Assembly: GCA_965660855.1 (NCBI GenBank)
Contig: CBFIBM010000004.1
Coordinates: 1-64,000 of the forward strand
DNA length: 64,000 nucleotides
Reading direction: 5' to 3'
DNA from: an uncultured bacterium
GTDB taxonomy: Bacteria > Fidelibacterota > Marinisomatia > Marinisomatales > UBA1611
A program made the translations under genes and the position numbers. Below, in pieces: positions 8,200 through 18,231 of this stretch; the first letter of the stretch is position 1; every line of letters begins with the position of its first letter. The notes beneath the pieces were generated by a model. The model was given only the letters and a program-made list of their open reading frames with translations. It did no database searches and was not told the origin of the DNA.

Positions 8200-9233
8200 T
8201 TGACTAGATTTTTATTTTTTTTCGTAGCATTTTGTTTTTTAAATGCAAATAAAAAGCCTCCAAAAACAGCAATTGGATCCTTGCCAACACCCACGCTTGG
8301 AAATATTTTTTCAGGACCTAATGATATTGGATACCATAATTATTCTGGAAGTAAAGGAGAAGGTAATGGTATAATATTAACTTGTTTAGGTGGACATATA
8401 GACCTTGCACATGTTCGATCAACAGCAGATTGGACAAGATATGCCTATAAAATTATATTCAATGAATTACAAAAAACATCTAATCATATCTCTTTTAGAA
8501 CTACCGTTGATCCTTCAATTTTTCAAATAAATATAAAATATCCAGAATATTGGAAGACCATGTCAAAAGATTTAAAAAAAAAAAGATTCATCTAATATCA
8601 AAGGAATTAGCAAAATATGTAATTTTTAACGCTGCAAATTGGCATGAAATTTTGACATGGTTTGGATATAGTAAAGTTCGTTTTTTCTCAGAATATCCTT
8701 CTTCCTTTTCATGGGAAGACTCTTTTTCAAATATGATGGGAATATATTTAGTTGATAAAGTATTACATCTTGAAGATAACGATTATAATATAGAAATGAC
8801 AAAAAGTCTTCAAATAGAGCTGGAAAGCTTAATAATGCTCGATAGGACTGAATCTATTGCAACAACAAATAAAGTCAAAAACCTTTGGTACAAGGGTTGG
8901 GTTCCTGGCTTACTAATTATGAAATATAGAAACTTTGATATTGGTAATAATGATGGGTATATAAATCCAACTATAATTCCAAATAATGATTTTTGCTCAG
9001 AAGAGTTACATCCAGGATATGAAATACCAACCTTAAAAAATGTTAACGAATATGGAGTTTTATTTGAATTAAATATTGAACCAAAAGAACATACTAAAAA
9101 AGAAATTTTGAAAGTTGTTTATGGAGACAATTTCAAAAGATATTTTAGCATAAATTCTGAAAAACATATTCCTCTTATTATGAAATACATAAAGAAAAAA
9201 GCATTAGAAAAAGGATATAAATTCATAGACTGA
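8200..9233 (+). pseudogene. DUF4056-like secreted protein split into ORFs 8200-8595 and 8550-9233 at an A11 run
   Basis: N-half GIILTCLGGHIDLAHVRSTAD and C-half WHEILTWFG...SSFSWEDSFSNMMG resemble one DUF4056 domain; frames differ by -1 across A11 at 8574-8584. Confidence 0.7.
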
Positions 9234-9292
9234 TTTAAGTTATCATGTTAAAGTATTTCTGTTTAAAGAGTTCAACTATTTAAATTTATATA

Positions 9293-9859
9293 ATGTTAAA
9301 AGAAATTCTTAAAGATTTACAACGTCAAATAAATAAAATGAAGGTTAAAGGAATCAAAAACCTTGATGAAGCTACCTTAAATGACCTTAGAAATTATATA
9401 ATGCTTTTCAGACAACTTGATGTGGCTAGGTATTATGAAAAAGAAATATTAAAAATAAAATCCAATTATGAAGGTTTTCTTCAAGCAGAAAAAACTATGA
9501 ATGAATGGTATGATAAACAGATTAAAGAGTTAGAGTCTGAATATGATAGAAAAAAAGGAGAAAAACTTTTTTTAATTTCTTCTGAAAAAAATGAATTAAC
9601 TCAAGAATTAACGATCCCAGTTGAAAATAAAAAGTTAATACCTATGGAAAATATTTTTAAGATAAAAGCTAGAGATATTGTTTTAGTGAGCCTTAGAGAT
9701 TCAGAAAGAAAAGTATGGGAATTATACACTGAGGGACAAACTGTTCAAAAAATTGCGAATAAACTAAGTAAGCATAAACAGAGTATTTCTGCTACAATTA
9801 TAAATATAAAAAATAAAATTTCACGTAAAGAAAATATGTTAAAAAATAACAAACAATAA
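9293..9859 (+). CDS. Coiled-coil protein with C-terminal LuxR/sigma70-region-4-like HTH
   Basis: LRDSERKVWELYTEGQTVQKIANKLSKHKQSISATIINIKNK. Confidence 0.65.
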   Translation: MLKEILKDLQRQINKMKVKGIKNLDEATLNDLRNYIMLFRQLDVARYYEKEILKIKSNYEGFLQAEKTMNEWYDKQIKELESEYDRKKGEKLFLISSEKNELTQELTIPVENKKLIPMENIFKIKARDIVLVSLRDSERKVWELYTEGQTVQKIANKLSKHKQSISATIINIKNKISRKENMLKNNKQ

Positions 9860-9872
9860 AAAAATTAATAAT

Positions 9873-11006
9873 TTGAAAACAGCTTATAATTTAATTCTCG
9901 TAGTAACTAGTTTAATATCTTGTACATCATCAAAAAATATAAAAAATTCATCCCTTGATAAATTAAACCCTAATGAATCTACTAATTTAAATGATCACAA
10001 AGAGTTAACGGAAAGATACCAAACTTTAATACCAGTACAGGGGAGTATAATTATGGGTTATACAATAGATGGATATATACCTTCTGAGGGGCAATTAGAA
10101 AATATATCACATCTTGCTATTTCATTTCTACGACCGGTAAACTCCATTGGAGATGTAAGCTTGACTCCTGGTTGGGAGGACCTTGATAGCGTCATTTCTT
10201 TTGCTCAGGAACACAATGTTAAAACTATTATATCATTTGGTGGTGGAGGATTTAAAATTACTTCTGAATTAATGGGAGTTTTGGAGCATCGAAAAAACCT
10301 TATAAATAACATTCTTAATTTTATAGAAAAATATAATTTAGATGGTTTTGATTGTGACTGGGAACCATCTTGGGATAACAATAGAAATGAAATGGAAATT
10401 GTAAATAATACAATTAATAATTACTATTTTATATTTATCAAAGAATTTAGAAAGGCTTTAGATTCTAAATTTGGTAAAGGTTCTAAAAGTTTTTCCGCTG
10501 CTGTTTTAAACAAAAACTTGATCTGGTATTCCCAAAATAAACAAGTTGCACACTTCCCACAAAATGGTTGGTGGAATTATTTAGATTGGATTGCATTAAT
10601 GAATTATGATAATGAACTAGGATCTCTTCATGCAACATTTAATTCCGTATTTGGATTAGATGGTTCTCTATCTCATTGGACTAATTTTGGTATCCCCAAA
10701 AATAAAATTATAATAGGTATTCCATTTTACGCTAGGGCTGGTTGGGGTAATGAATGGCTGTTCTACAAAGATATCATAGATATATATCCTACAATTAATG
10801 ATACTATTGACTTTATTTCATATGAGAAAAATAATATAGGAATGAAGGATTATGGTTTTAATGGAGTCTCAACTGTTACTCGCAAAGTTAATAAGATAAA
10901 AAAATTAAATCTAGCAGGGGTGATGATATGGCAACTTGCTGGTGATTTACCGGTGGATAACAAAAAATCTTTACTTAAAGCTATAAATAATGAATTACAT
11001 CAATAA
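9873..11006 (+). CDS. GH18 glycoside hydrolase (chitinase-like) lipoprotein
   Basis: Lipobox LISC; ISFGGG, LDGFDCDWE (DxxDxDxE), MNYD, GIPFY, GVMIW. Confidence 0.92.
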   Translation: MKTAYNLILVVTSLISCTSSKNIKNSSLDKLNPNESTNLNDHKELTERYQTLIPVQGSIIMGYTIDGYIPSEGQLENISHLAISFLRPVNSIGDVSLTPGWEDLDSVISFAQEHNVKTIISFGGGGFKITSELMGVLEHRKNLINNILNFIEKYNLDGFDCDWEPSWDNNRNEMEIVNNTINNYYFIFIKEFRKALDSKFGKGSKSFSAAVLNKNLIWYSQNKQVAHFPQNGWWNYLDWIALMNYDNELGSLHATFNSVFGLDGSLSHWTNFGIPKNKIIIGIPFYARAGWGNEWLFYKDIIDIYPTINDTIDFISYEKNNIGMKDYGFNGVSTVTRKVNKIKKLNLAGVMIWQLAGDLPVDNKKSLLKAINNELHQ

Positions 11007-11025
11007 AATGAAGTTGTATTATTTA

Positions 11026-12909
11026 TTATGGAACAAAATTTAAATGAGCTATCATTAATTCAAAATCAATTTTCTCTACTTGCACTTTGCACTTATCTCC
11101 TACTTTAAAAAGTTTCGATTTTTCTCTTCCTTTAATACCAATATTATTACTTAAAGCTCTGTATTGATCCCTTGGAAACTTATTAATGTTTATTTCCCCT
11201 TGTATTTCAATTGAATCACCTATCCCAATTATTGCTTTTTCTTTTTGAAATTCTAAAAAAAATCCATCTAAAATACCCTTAGAGTTATCAGAAAGCCATC
11301 TTAACCCTTTAATTCTTAAATACTCATCCTGTGCATTTTTGGAGTTAATTTCTGCTTTATTTGCTAATTCTATTGCTTTATTATCTTTTTCAGTAAATTG
11401 TCTTTCTCTACCTCGAATGTAATTTTTAACAAATCGATGAACTAATAAATCTGGATATCTCCTAATCGGACTAGTGAAATGTGTGTATTTTTGAAAACCT
11501 AACCCAAAATGACCGTGACTGAATGTATTATAACTTGCTTTTTTTAATTTCTTTAAAATAAACAGAGAAAATGCTTTTCTCTTTATATTAGAATTAAAAC
11601 TTTTAATTAATTTATGAATTCCAATATCCAATCGATACTCCTTTTTTTCTGAAAATAAACCAAAATCAGAAATTAAATTTCTTATAATACGTTCACCATA
11701 TTGAGATGGTTTATTGTGATTTCTGAATATTTTAACTTTATCACCAAAAATATTTGCGATACTCTTATTTGTTAATAACATACATTCTTCAATAATCCTA
11801 TGAGATTTAAATTTTTCCTCCTCCTCAATATTGGAAATACCTCCTTTATTGTTAATGCCATATTTAATTTTAGTTGAAGCTATCTCAAACCCTCCTTTTT
11901 CTAACCTTTTTTTCATTAATACCTTGGATATTTTATCTAGCGATTTCAATTGATTTCTAATTTCTCCAGATCCTTTCATATTTAATATGTCATCTACTTC
12001 TTGGTAAGTAAACTTTTTATCCACTCTTATACATGTTTCATTTATTTTTGTATCTAAGACATTTCCGCCATGGTCAATTTCAAATATAACACTTATGGCT
12101 AACCTTACTTCATTCTGTTTTAATGAACAAAAATTTTCAGATAAAACTTTTGGAAGCATATGTGTTACACCTTCTTGAAAATAATAAGAGTTTCCTTGAT
12201 ACATTGCAATTTCATCTACTTTTGAACCTTCTTTTACAAATTCAGAAACATCTGAAATATGTATATATAAACGATAACCAATTGCTATCTCTTCAATGGA
12301 AATTGCATCATCAAAATCTTTTGCAGATGAAGGATCTATTGTAAATGTTAAAAGATTTTCAAGATTAATACGATTATTTATTACTCTGCTAATGGTCTGT
12401 TCAGAAAAAGAAGATACTATTATATTGACTCCATCTCTAATTATTCCATATTTATAGATAATATATAAATAATCACTATCTTTTTTAGAACCTTTAGATA
12501 TAACTCTAACTAATTTTGCATAAGCTACTGATGTTCCTTTACCCCAATCAGAAATGACAATTTCTACAACATCGTGTTCTAGTAAATATTCTAAATTACC
12601 TTTGAGTATGATTTTCTTTGATTGATACGAGTCTATTCTAACAAAAAAAAAATTTTCTTTTTTTATGATTAAACCTGTGAATTTATTTTTAGATCGTTTT
12701 ATTATGTTTAGAACTCTTCCTCTTAACTGAACAGATTCATGATTTCTTATAATATTGAATTCTACTTTATCTCCATCAAAAGCTCCGTTAATATCTCTTT
12801 TCTCTACGTAAATATTATTATTATGGAAACTTTCATTTTTTATGACTGCATATTTCGCAGGTCCTATTTCTATGGTACCCTGAAATAAATAATTATTTGT
12901 TTTTTTCAC
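11026..12909 (-). CDS. rnr: Ribonuclease R / RNB-domain exoribonuclease
   Basis: FTIDPSSAKDFDDAIS, IEECMLL, HFGLG...YTHFTSPIRRYPDLLVHR, cold-shock and S1 domains. Confidence 0.9.
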   Translation of the reverse strand: MKKTNNYLFQGTIEIGPAKYAVIKNESFHNNNIYVEKRDINGAFDGDKVEFNIIRNHESVQLRGRVLNIIKRSKNKFTGLIIKKENFFFVRIDSYQSKKIILKGNLEYLLEHDVVEIVISDWGKGTSVAYAKLVRVISKGSKKDSDYLYIIYKYGIIRDGVNIIVSSFSEQTISRVINNRINLENLLTFTIDPSSAKDFDDAISIEEIAIGYRLYIHISDVSEFVKEGSKVDEIAMYQGNSYYFQEGVTHMLPKVLSENFCSLKQNEVRLAISVIFEIDHGGNVLDTKINETCIRVDKKFTYQEVDDILNMKGSGEIRNQLKSLDKISKVLMKKRLEKGGFEIASTKIKYGINNKGGISNIEEEEKFKSHRIIEECMLLTNKSIANIFGDKVKIFRNHNKPSQYGERIIRNLISDFGLFSEKKEYRLDIGIHKLIKSFNSNIKRKAFSLFILKKLKKASYNTFSHGHFGLGFQKYTHFTSPIRRYPDLLVHRFVKNYIRGRERQFTEKDNKAIELANKAEINSKNAQDEYLRIKGLRWLSDNSKGILDGFFLEFQKEKAIIGIGDSIEIQGEININKFPRDQYRALSNNIGIKGREKSKLFKVGDKCKVQVEKIDFELMIAHLNFVP

Positions 12910-13151
12910 TTCTGATTTTTTGATTTAAATCTTCTAGGACCAGACAACTTATTTTTAGCATGTTTTGTTTTTCTATTTGTAACTCTTTTTCTCCATATTT
13001 CAAAACTTTTCTTTCTCAAGTTCTTCCTCATTATTTTTATAACCTCTTTTTCAGGAACTCCAAATTGTTTAAATATAGCGTCAAAGGTTGTTCTATCTTC
13101 CCAAGCCATTTCTATTATTCTATCTATGTTACTATCTTCCATCAATTTCAT
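12906..13151 (-). CDS. TIGR03643/DUF2805 family protein
   Basis: IDRIIEMAWEDRTTFDAI..QFG..EKEVIKIMR..L...SF..WRKRV. Confidence 0.9.
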   Translation of the reverse strand: MKLMEDSNIDRIIEMAWEDRTTFDAIFKQFGVPEKEVIKIMRKNLRKKSFEIWRKRVTNRKTKHAKNKLSGPRRFKSKNQK

Positions 13152-13447
13152 CTTATTTTAGACTTCATTTATATAAATAATTTATTTTTTCTTTAAAATT
13201 TTATTGAAAAATAATTCAATTTTTTTAGGTAATGTAATTTTCTTTTCTTTCACTAAGTAGGCAATTAACATTAAAATCAAAATCTTCATAAAAAAATTTA
13301 ACTATTTTTTTAAAGGAATAAAGAATAAGGAATAATGGTTTTTGATTTTTTTATTCATTAATTTGAACTAATTAATAAAACTAAACTTCTAATCTAATTA
13401 TTATGAAAATTTTTTATAATTGTATTCTTTCGGAGTCAACATATTAA

Positions 13448-13909
13448 ATGCATAAAAACTCTATTATAATTTTAATCGCAGTAATGTTCTTATTTGGCAG
13501 CGATACATCTAAAACAATATCAACATATAAAAATGGGAATGTAAGTCATATTTCATATTTTAAAGAAGATATAGAGAAAGGAAAACAAATTATTAGACAA
13601 GAGACTTTTCACTTTACAGGTTCCAAAGCTATGGAAGGAAATATTAAAGATGATTATAAAATTGGTTTATGGACTTATTACTATCAAGATGGAACCAAGC
13701 GATTAGAAGGGAACTATAGTGTTGGTCAAAAAGATGGTTTGTGGACTTATTGGTACGATAACGGAATAATTGCAAATCAATACACATATAAATCAAAAAA
13801 TGTCGAAGGCCAAATACTCGAATGGCATATTGACAAAGAGTGTTGGACTCGATCAGGGGACCCATGCGAGTGTGGACCCAGTTGGTGGAGTGACTGCGAG
13901 CAAAACTAA
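13448..13909 (+). CDS. Secreted MORN-variant repeat (YwqK-like) protein
   Basis: Signal peptide; repeated GLWTY(Y/W)Y..G units; Cys/Trp-rich tail. Confidence 0.8.
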   Translation: MHKNSIIILIAVMFLFGSDTSKTISTYKNGNVSHISYFKEDIEKGKQIIRQETFHFTGSKAMEGNIKDDYKIGLWTYYYQDGTKRLEGNYSVGQKDGLWTYWYDNGIIANQYTYKSKNVEGQILEWHIDKECWTRSGDPCECGPSWWSDCEQN

Positions 13910-13940
13910 ATGATTCAAATAATTTAATAACCATTTTTAG

Positions 13941-14207
13941 ATGGATTCTGAGAAAAAAGAGAAAATAATTCATTATATTACTGAGTTTAGTATTGCATTT
14001 ATTGGTATCACCATTTTTGTATTATTATTTTGGTTTAAAAATTTTGAACTAAACTTTAACTTAATTTCAATATGGGTCTTACTTTTTAACATTACACTTA
14101 TCTTTTTTTGGTTATGGAAGAGTAATTATAAAAGCTGGGAAAAAGGTTTTGTTGTTCTTTATTTTATGTTAATAGAATTAATTATAATCAAATCTATTTA
14201 TCCTTAA
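13941..14207 (+). CDS. Hypothetical membrane protein (3 TM)
   Basis: Hydrophobic ORF in operon context. Confidence 0.6.
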   Translation: MDSEKKEKIIHYITEFSIAFIGITIFVLLFWFKNFELNFNLISIWVLLFNITLIFFWLWKSNYKSWEKGFVVLYFMLIELIIIKSIYP

Positions 14208-14225
14208 AACCTAATTATTTAATAC

Positions 14226-14726
14226 TTGAGCTATAATATGAAAGCCCTTTATAAAAATTATTTTAAAAAAAGTGAAATTATAAACCCAATTTTAAAATCT
14301 ATTCTTAACGTTCCAATTTTTAGTAATCTGTCTAAAAAAGAGCTTGAAGAAGTGCTTAAGCTCACACATGAAAGACACTATAAAAAAGATGAACATATCT
14401 TTAAAAAAATGGCTCCATCAGAAGGTATGTATGTCATCGTTTCTGGTGATGTGAAAATAATAGATCCCGATACCAAAACTTCTTTTGCTTCCCTTAAAAA
14501 TGATGACTTTTTTGGAGAACTCGCTTTGCTCGATGAAGAACCAAGGTCAGCTTCTGCAATTGCTCAAAGTCCTTCAAAATTAATTGGTTTTTTTCGTACT
14601 GACCTATTAACATTAATGAAAAGATCTCCCGAACTTGGAAATAAAATTTTACTTAACTTATCTAGAATCCTTGGAGAAAGATTAAGAAAAACAAACGAAG
14701 AATTAGCTACAAATTCAAATGACTGA
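14226..14726 (+). CDS. Stand-alone cyclic nucleotide-binding domain protein
   Basis: GMYVIVSGDV, FFGELALLDEEPRSASA phosphate-binding cassette; no HTH. Confidence 0.92.
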   Translation: MSYNMKALYKNYFKKSEIINPILKSILNVPIFSNLSKKELEEVLKLTHERHYKKDEHIFKKMAPSEGMYVIVSGDVKIIDPDTKTSFASLKNDDFFGELALLDEEPRSASAIAQSPSKLIGFFRTDLLTLMKRSPELGNKILLNLSRILGERLRKTNEELATNSND

Positions 14727-15832
14727 TGGATCCAATTCATAAAATCTACAGGCTACTAATAGTACTCATTATAGGTGGACTTGCCTGGAATATTTTGCCA
14801 TTTTTAGCCTCGATTATTGGGATGTTAATATTTTCTTTCCTATTCACCACAATCTTCCTTCCTAGTGTAGATAGAATAGAACGATATCTAAAATCTCGTA
14901 TTATTAGTGTTTTTTTAATACTTTCATTTACATCTCTTCTTTCAATTTCATTCTTAGGCCTCTTTTTTTCAAATATTGGATCCCAAATCAAACTTTTTAC
15001 AACTCGAATAAACAATGAAGATTTTTCAAATAACCTAGCTAATTTATCAGATAAGATTCGAAACTCTCTTCCTGATTTTATAAGTACTCTAATACCTGAA
15101 GGCGACAACCTTATTTATATGGCAAAGAATACTTTGATTTCAATATTTCAAAATATTTTGTCACTTCTTGGCTCTGCTGGCGGTTTAATATTTATAAGTT
15201 TTATAGTCTTAATATTTACTATAATCCTTTTAATTGAATATCATGATTTTAAAAGAACTTTAGTTAAATTTCTTCCAAATAAGTATTTAGAAGTTGGTTT
15301 GAGGACGATATATAATATTGAACAGCAAATTTCAAAATACTTAAGAGGCCAAATCTTAGCTGCTAGTAGTGTTGCTATTCTATCAATTCTAGGTTTATTT
15401 ATTTTAAACCAATTCAACGCAAATATTACCTTGATTGTCTTTATTGGAATTATTGCTGGTTTAGCAAATCTCATCCCTATGGTTGGTCCTTTTTTTGGAA
15501 TGATACCTGCAATTCTTATTTCATTGATGAATAATATTGGAAGTGAATCAGCTTTTTTACATCAACTCTTTGGGGTGATACCCTCTCCTTTCTATATTAT
15601 TGATATTATACTAATGTTTATTATAGTGCAGCAAATTGATAATAATTTTGTTACCCCTATCGTTGTTGGGGAAAGTGTTGGACTACACCCTATGGCTGTG
15701 ATGATTGTACTATTAATTGGCGGTACATTAATTGGACCACTCGGGATGTTGTTTGCAATACCTGCAGCAGGAGTTTTAAAGGTAGTAATTGGTGAGATAG
15801 TTTTTATATCTAGAAACTCTCATCTTTTATAA
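14726..15832 (+). CDS. AI-2E family transporter
   Basis: YLRGQ, NLIPMVGP, VQQIDNNFVTP.VVG..VGLHP, G..GMLFAIP. Confidence 0.92.
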   Translation: MDPIHKIYRLLIVLIIGGLAWNILPFLASIIGMLIFSFLFTTIFLPSVDRIERYLKSRIISVFLILSFTSLLSISFLGLFFSNIGSQIKLFTTRINNEDFSNNLANLSDKIRNSLPDFISTLIPEGDNLIYMAKNTLISIFQNILSLLGSAGGLIFISFIVLIFTIILLIEYHDFKRTLVKFLPNKYLEVGLRTIYNIEQQISKYLRGQILAASSVAILSILGLFILNQFNANITLIVFIGIIAGLANLIPMVGPFFGMIPAILISLMNNIGSESAFLHQLFGVIPSPFYIIDIILMFIIVQQIDNNFVTPIVVGESVGLHPMAVMIVLLIGGTLIGPLGMLFAIPAAGVLKVVIGEIVFISRNSHLL

Positions 15833-15835
15833 ATC

Positions 15836-17959
15836 CTATTCTTTTGATAGGTTTATTAAAAATGCATATTCTAATGCAGTTTCACGAAATCGTCTAAATC
15901 TTCCTGATTTCCCACCATGTCCAGCATCCATATTCATTTTTAAAAAGAGCTTATTTTTACTTGTCCAATTTTCTCGAAGCTTTGCAACCCATTTTAGTGG
16001 TTCCCAATATTGTACTTGGGAATCAAAAAATCCAGAAGTAACTAAAATATTTGGATACTCTTTATTTGTAACTAAATCATAGGGAGAGTATGACAACATA
16101 TAATCATAATATTTTTTTATTCTAGGATCTCCCCATTCATCCCACTCATTCGAAGTCAATGGAATAGAAGGGTCTAACATGGTTGTTACCACATCTACAA
16201 ATGGGACAGCAGCAATTGCTCCTTTCCATAAAGTTGGTTCCATGTTTATGACTGAGCCTATTAATAATCCTCCTGCACTTCCGCCTGAGCAAAATAAATT
16301 CTCTTTTTTTGTATACTGTTTTTTTATCAAAAATTTTGCAGCATCAATAAAATCATAAAATGAATTCTTTTTATTTAATAATTTCCCATCCTCGTATGAT
16401 CTTCGACCATAGATTTGACTTCCTCTTACGTGTGCTATTGCAAAAATGAAGCCCCTGTCTAAAAGACTCAGTCTAGACAAACTAAAATAAGGATCTATAG
16501 TTGACCCATAAGAGCCATATGCATAAAGTAGTAAATTTTGTGGCCCTTTTTTTCTTAAGTCTTTTTTGTAAACTAAAGAGATTGGTATCTTTTCCCCATC
16601 TCTTCCAATTCCAATTAGTCTCATTGATTCATATTTTCCTGATTTATAACCACCTATAATTTCTTGTTTTTTTAATAAAATACTTCTACCAGTATCCATA
16701 TTATAATCATATGTAGATGGTGGCTGTGTAAGGGAAGTAAATACAAATCTCAATATATTTGTATTCATCTCTTTATTTATCGAAAGATATGAAGTATATG
16801 CATTATCATTAAATTCTAAATAATTATCCTTTCTAGTTTTTTGATTAATAACTCGTATCTGTGAAAAGCCATTTTTCCGTTCATTGAGGACTAAATGGTT
16901 TTCAAATACATCCATATCTAATATTTGAGTTTCATTCCTATGTGGGATGACCTCTTTCCAATGATTAACGTTAGTATTAAAAATTGATGTTTCCATCAGT
17001 CTATTGTTTTCAGCTTTTAAATTTGTAATTATATAAAATTTATCTTTATAATGTTCTATAAAATACTCATGTTTAGTTCCTCTTGGTGTGAAACTAGAAA
17101 ATTCTCCTTTTGGATTATCTGCAGATAGTATATGATAATCACTTACAAGCGTGCTACTATTCCAAATAATAATATATTTACCAGATTTTGATCGATAAAC
17201 ACCATTATAGTATTCATTATCGTCTTCTTTGTAAACTAAATAATCTTCTGAAGGATTATCTCCAACTTCATGTCTATATATTTTTTCTGACAGTAGTGTT
17301 GTCTTATTTTTTTTTGTGTAAAATATTGTTTTATTATCATTGGCCCATGCTAAATCTCCTTCAGTATCTGCAATACTGTAATTTAAAGTTTCACCTGATT
17401 TTAAGTTTTTAAAGAAAATAGAATAAAACCTTCTCCCTAAAGTATCAACACCATATGCAATCCAATTATTATCTGGACTTACATGAATGCTATCAATCGA
17501 AAAATAGTCTGAATTTTTTGAAAGTACATTTGCATCTAAAATTATTTCTTCAGAACTTTTTAAATTATTTTTTTTCCTACAATAAATTTCATATTCTTTA
17601 TCCTTTTCATATCTAGTATAATAAAAATACCCGTTTTTAAAATACGGAACAGAATTGTCCTCTTTCTTAATTCTACCAACAATTTCATCAAATAATTCAC
17701 TTTGTAAAGATTCAGTATGTTTTAACGATTGCGTTGTATAATCATTCTCTTCCTTAATATAGTCTAACACAGCTTGAGTTTGTTGATCGAATGGTTTTTT
17801 AGTTTTTTGCTCATCCGTAAGCCTCATCCAATAATAGTTATCAGTTCTCACATGATTGTGTTTTTCAATTTTATGTGTTTCTTTTTTTGCTTTTGGCTCA
17901 TTAATTAATTCTGAACAAGAACTCATTATAAAAACTCCTAATATTATATGTTTGTTCAT
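15836..17959 (-). CDS. ptrB: S9A oligopeptidase B (probably lipoprotein)
   Basis: RTDNYYWMR, YGSYG, GGSAGG, DSQVQYWEP, AGHGGKSGRF. Confidence 0.95.
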   Translation of the reverse strand: MNKHIILGVFIMSSCSELINEPKAKKETHKIEKHNHVRTDNYYWMRLTDEQKTKKPFDQQTQAVLDYIKEENDYTTQSLKHTESLQSELFDEIVGRIKKEDNSVPYFKNGYFYYTRYEKDKEYEIYCRKKNNLKSSEEIILDANVLSKNSDYFSIDSIHVSPDNNWIAYGVDTLGRRFYSIFFKNLKSGETLNYSIADTEGDLAWANDNKTIFYTKKNKTTLLSEKIYRHEVGDNPSEDYLVYKEDDNEYYNGVYRSKSGKYIIIWNSSTLVSDYHILSADNPKGEFSSFTPRGTKHEYFIEHYKDKFYIITNLKAENNRLMETSIFNTNVNHWKEVIPHRNETQILDMDVFENHLVLNERKNGFSQIRVINQKTRKDNYLEFNDNAYTSYLSINKEMNTNILRFVFTSLTQPPSTYDYNMDTGRSILLKKQEIIGGYKSGKYESMRLIGIGRDGEKIPISLVYKKDLRKKGPQNLLLYAYGSYGSTIDPYFSLSRLSLLDRGFIFAIAHVRGSQIYGRRSYEDGKLLNKKNSFYDFIDAAKFLIKKQYTKKENLFCSGGSAGGLLIGSVINMEPTLWKGAIAAVPFVDVVTTMLDPSIPLTSNEWDEWGDPRIKKYYDYMLSYSPYDLVTNKEYPNILVTSGFFDSQVQYWEPLKWVAKLRENWTSKNKLFLKMNMDAGHGGKSGRFRRFRETALEYAFLINLSKE

Positions 17960-18231
17960 TCTCTATTCCTTAAAAGAGTTGGATAATATTAATAATATAT
18001 TGAATAATAAGTAGAAGAATTATCACACGAACTACAGCTTAATAAATATCCTCATAAACTCATTTATATTATGAGATACAGTATTTAGTTAATACTTGTT
18101 TTTAATTAAAGTTTTAAATAATATTACTTAAGTCCAAAGTGGACTTACTCATGCGGAGTCTTACTTGAATCATACATTCATCAAATGTAAAATGATGAAA
18201 TGTATCTATTTTTAGATGGTTTTATAGTCAT

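Noticed and set aside
1..11006. Genomic island integrated at tRNA-Lys
   Set aside because: The tRNA 3' end points out of the window; no integrase, att duplication or transposase seen
13448..14207. YwqJK-type toxin-antitoxin pair
   Set aside because: The MORN-like protein has a signal peptide and no toxin-like neighbour
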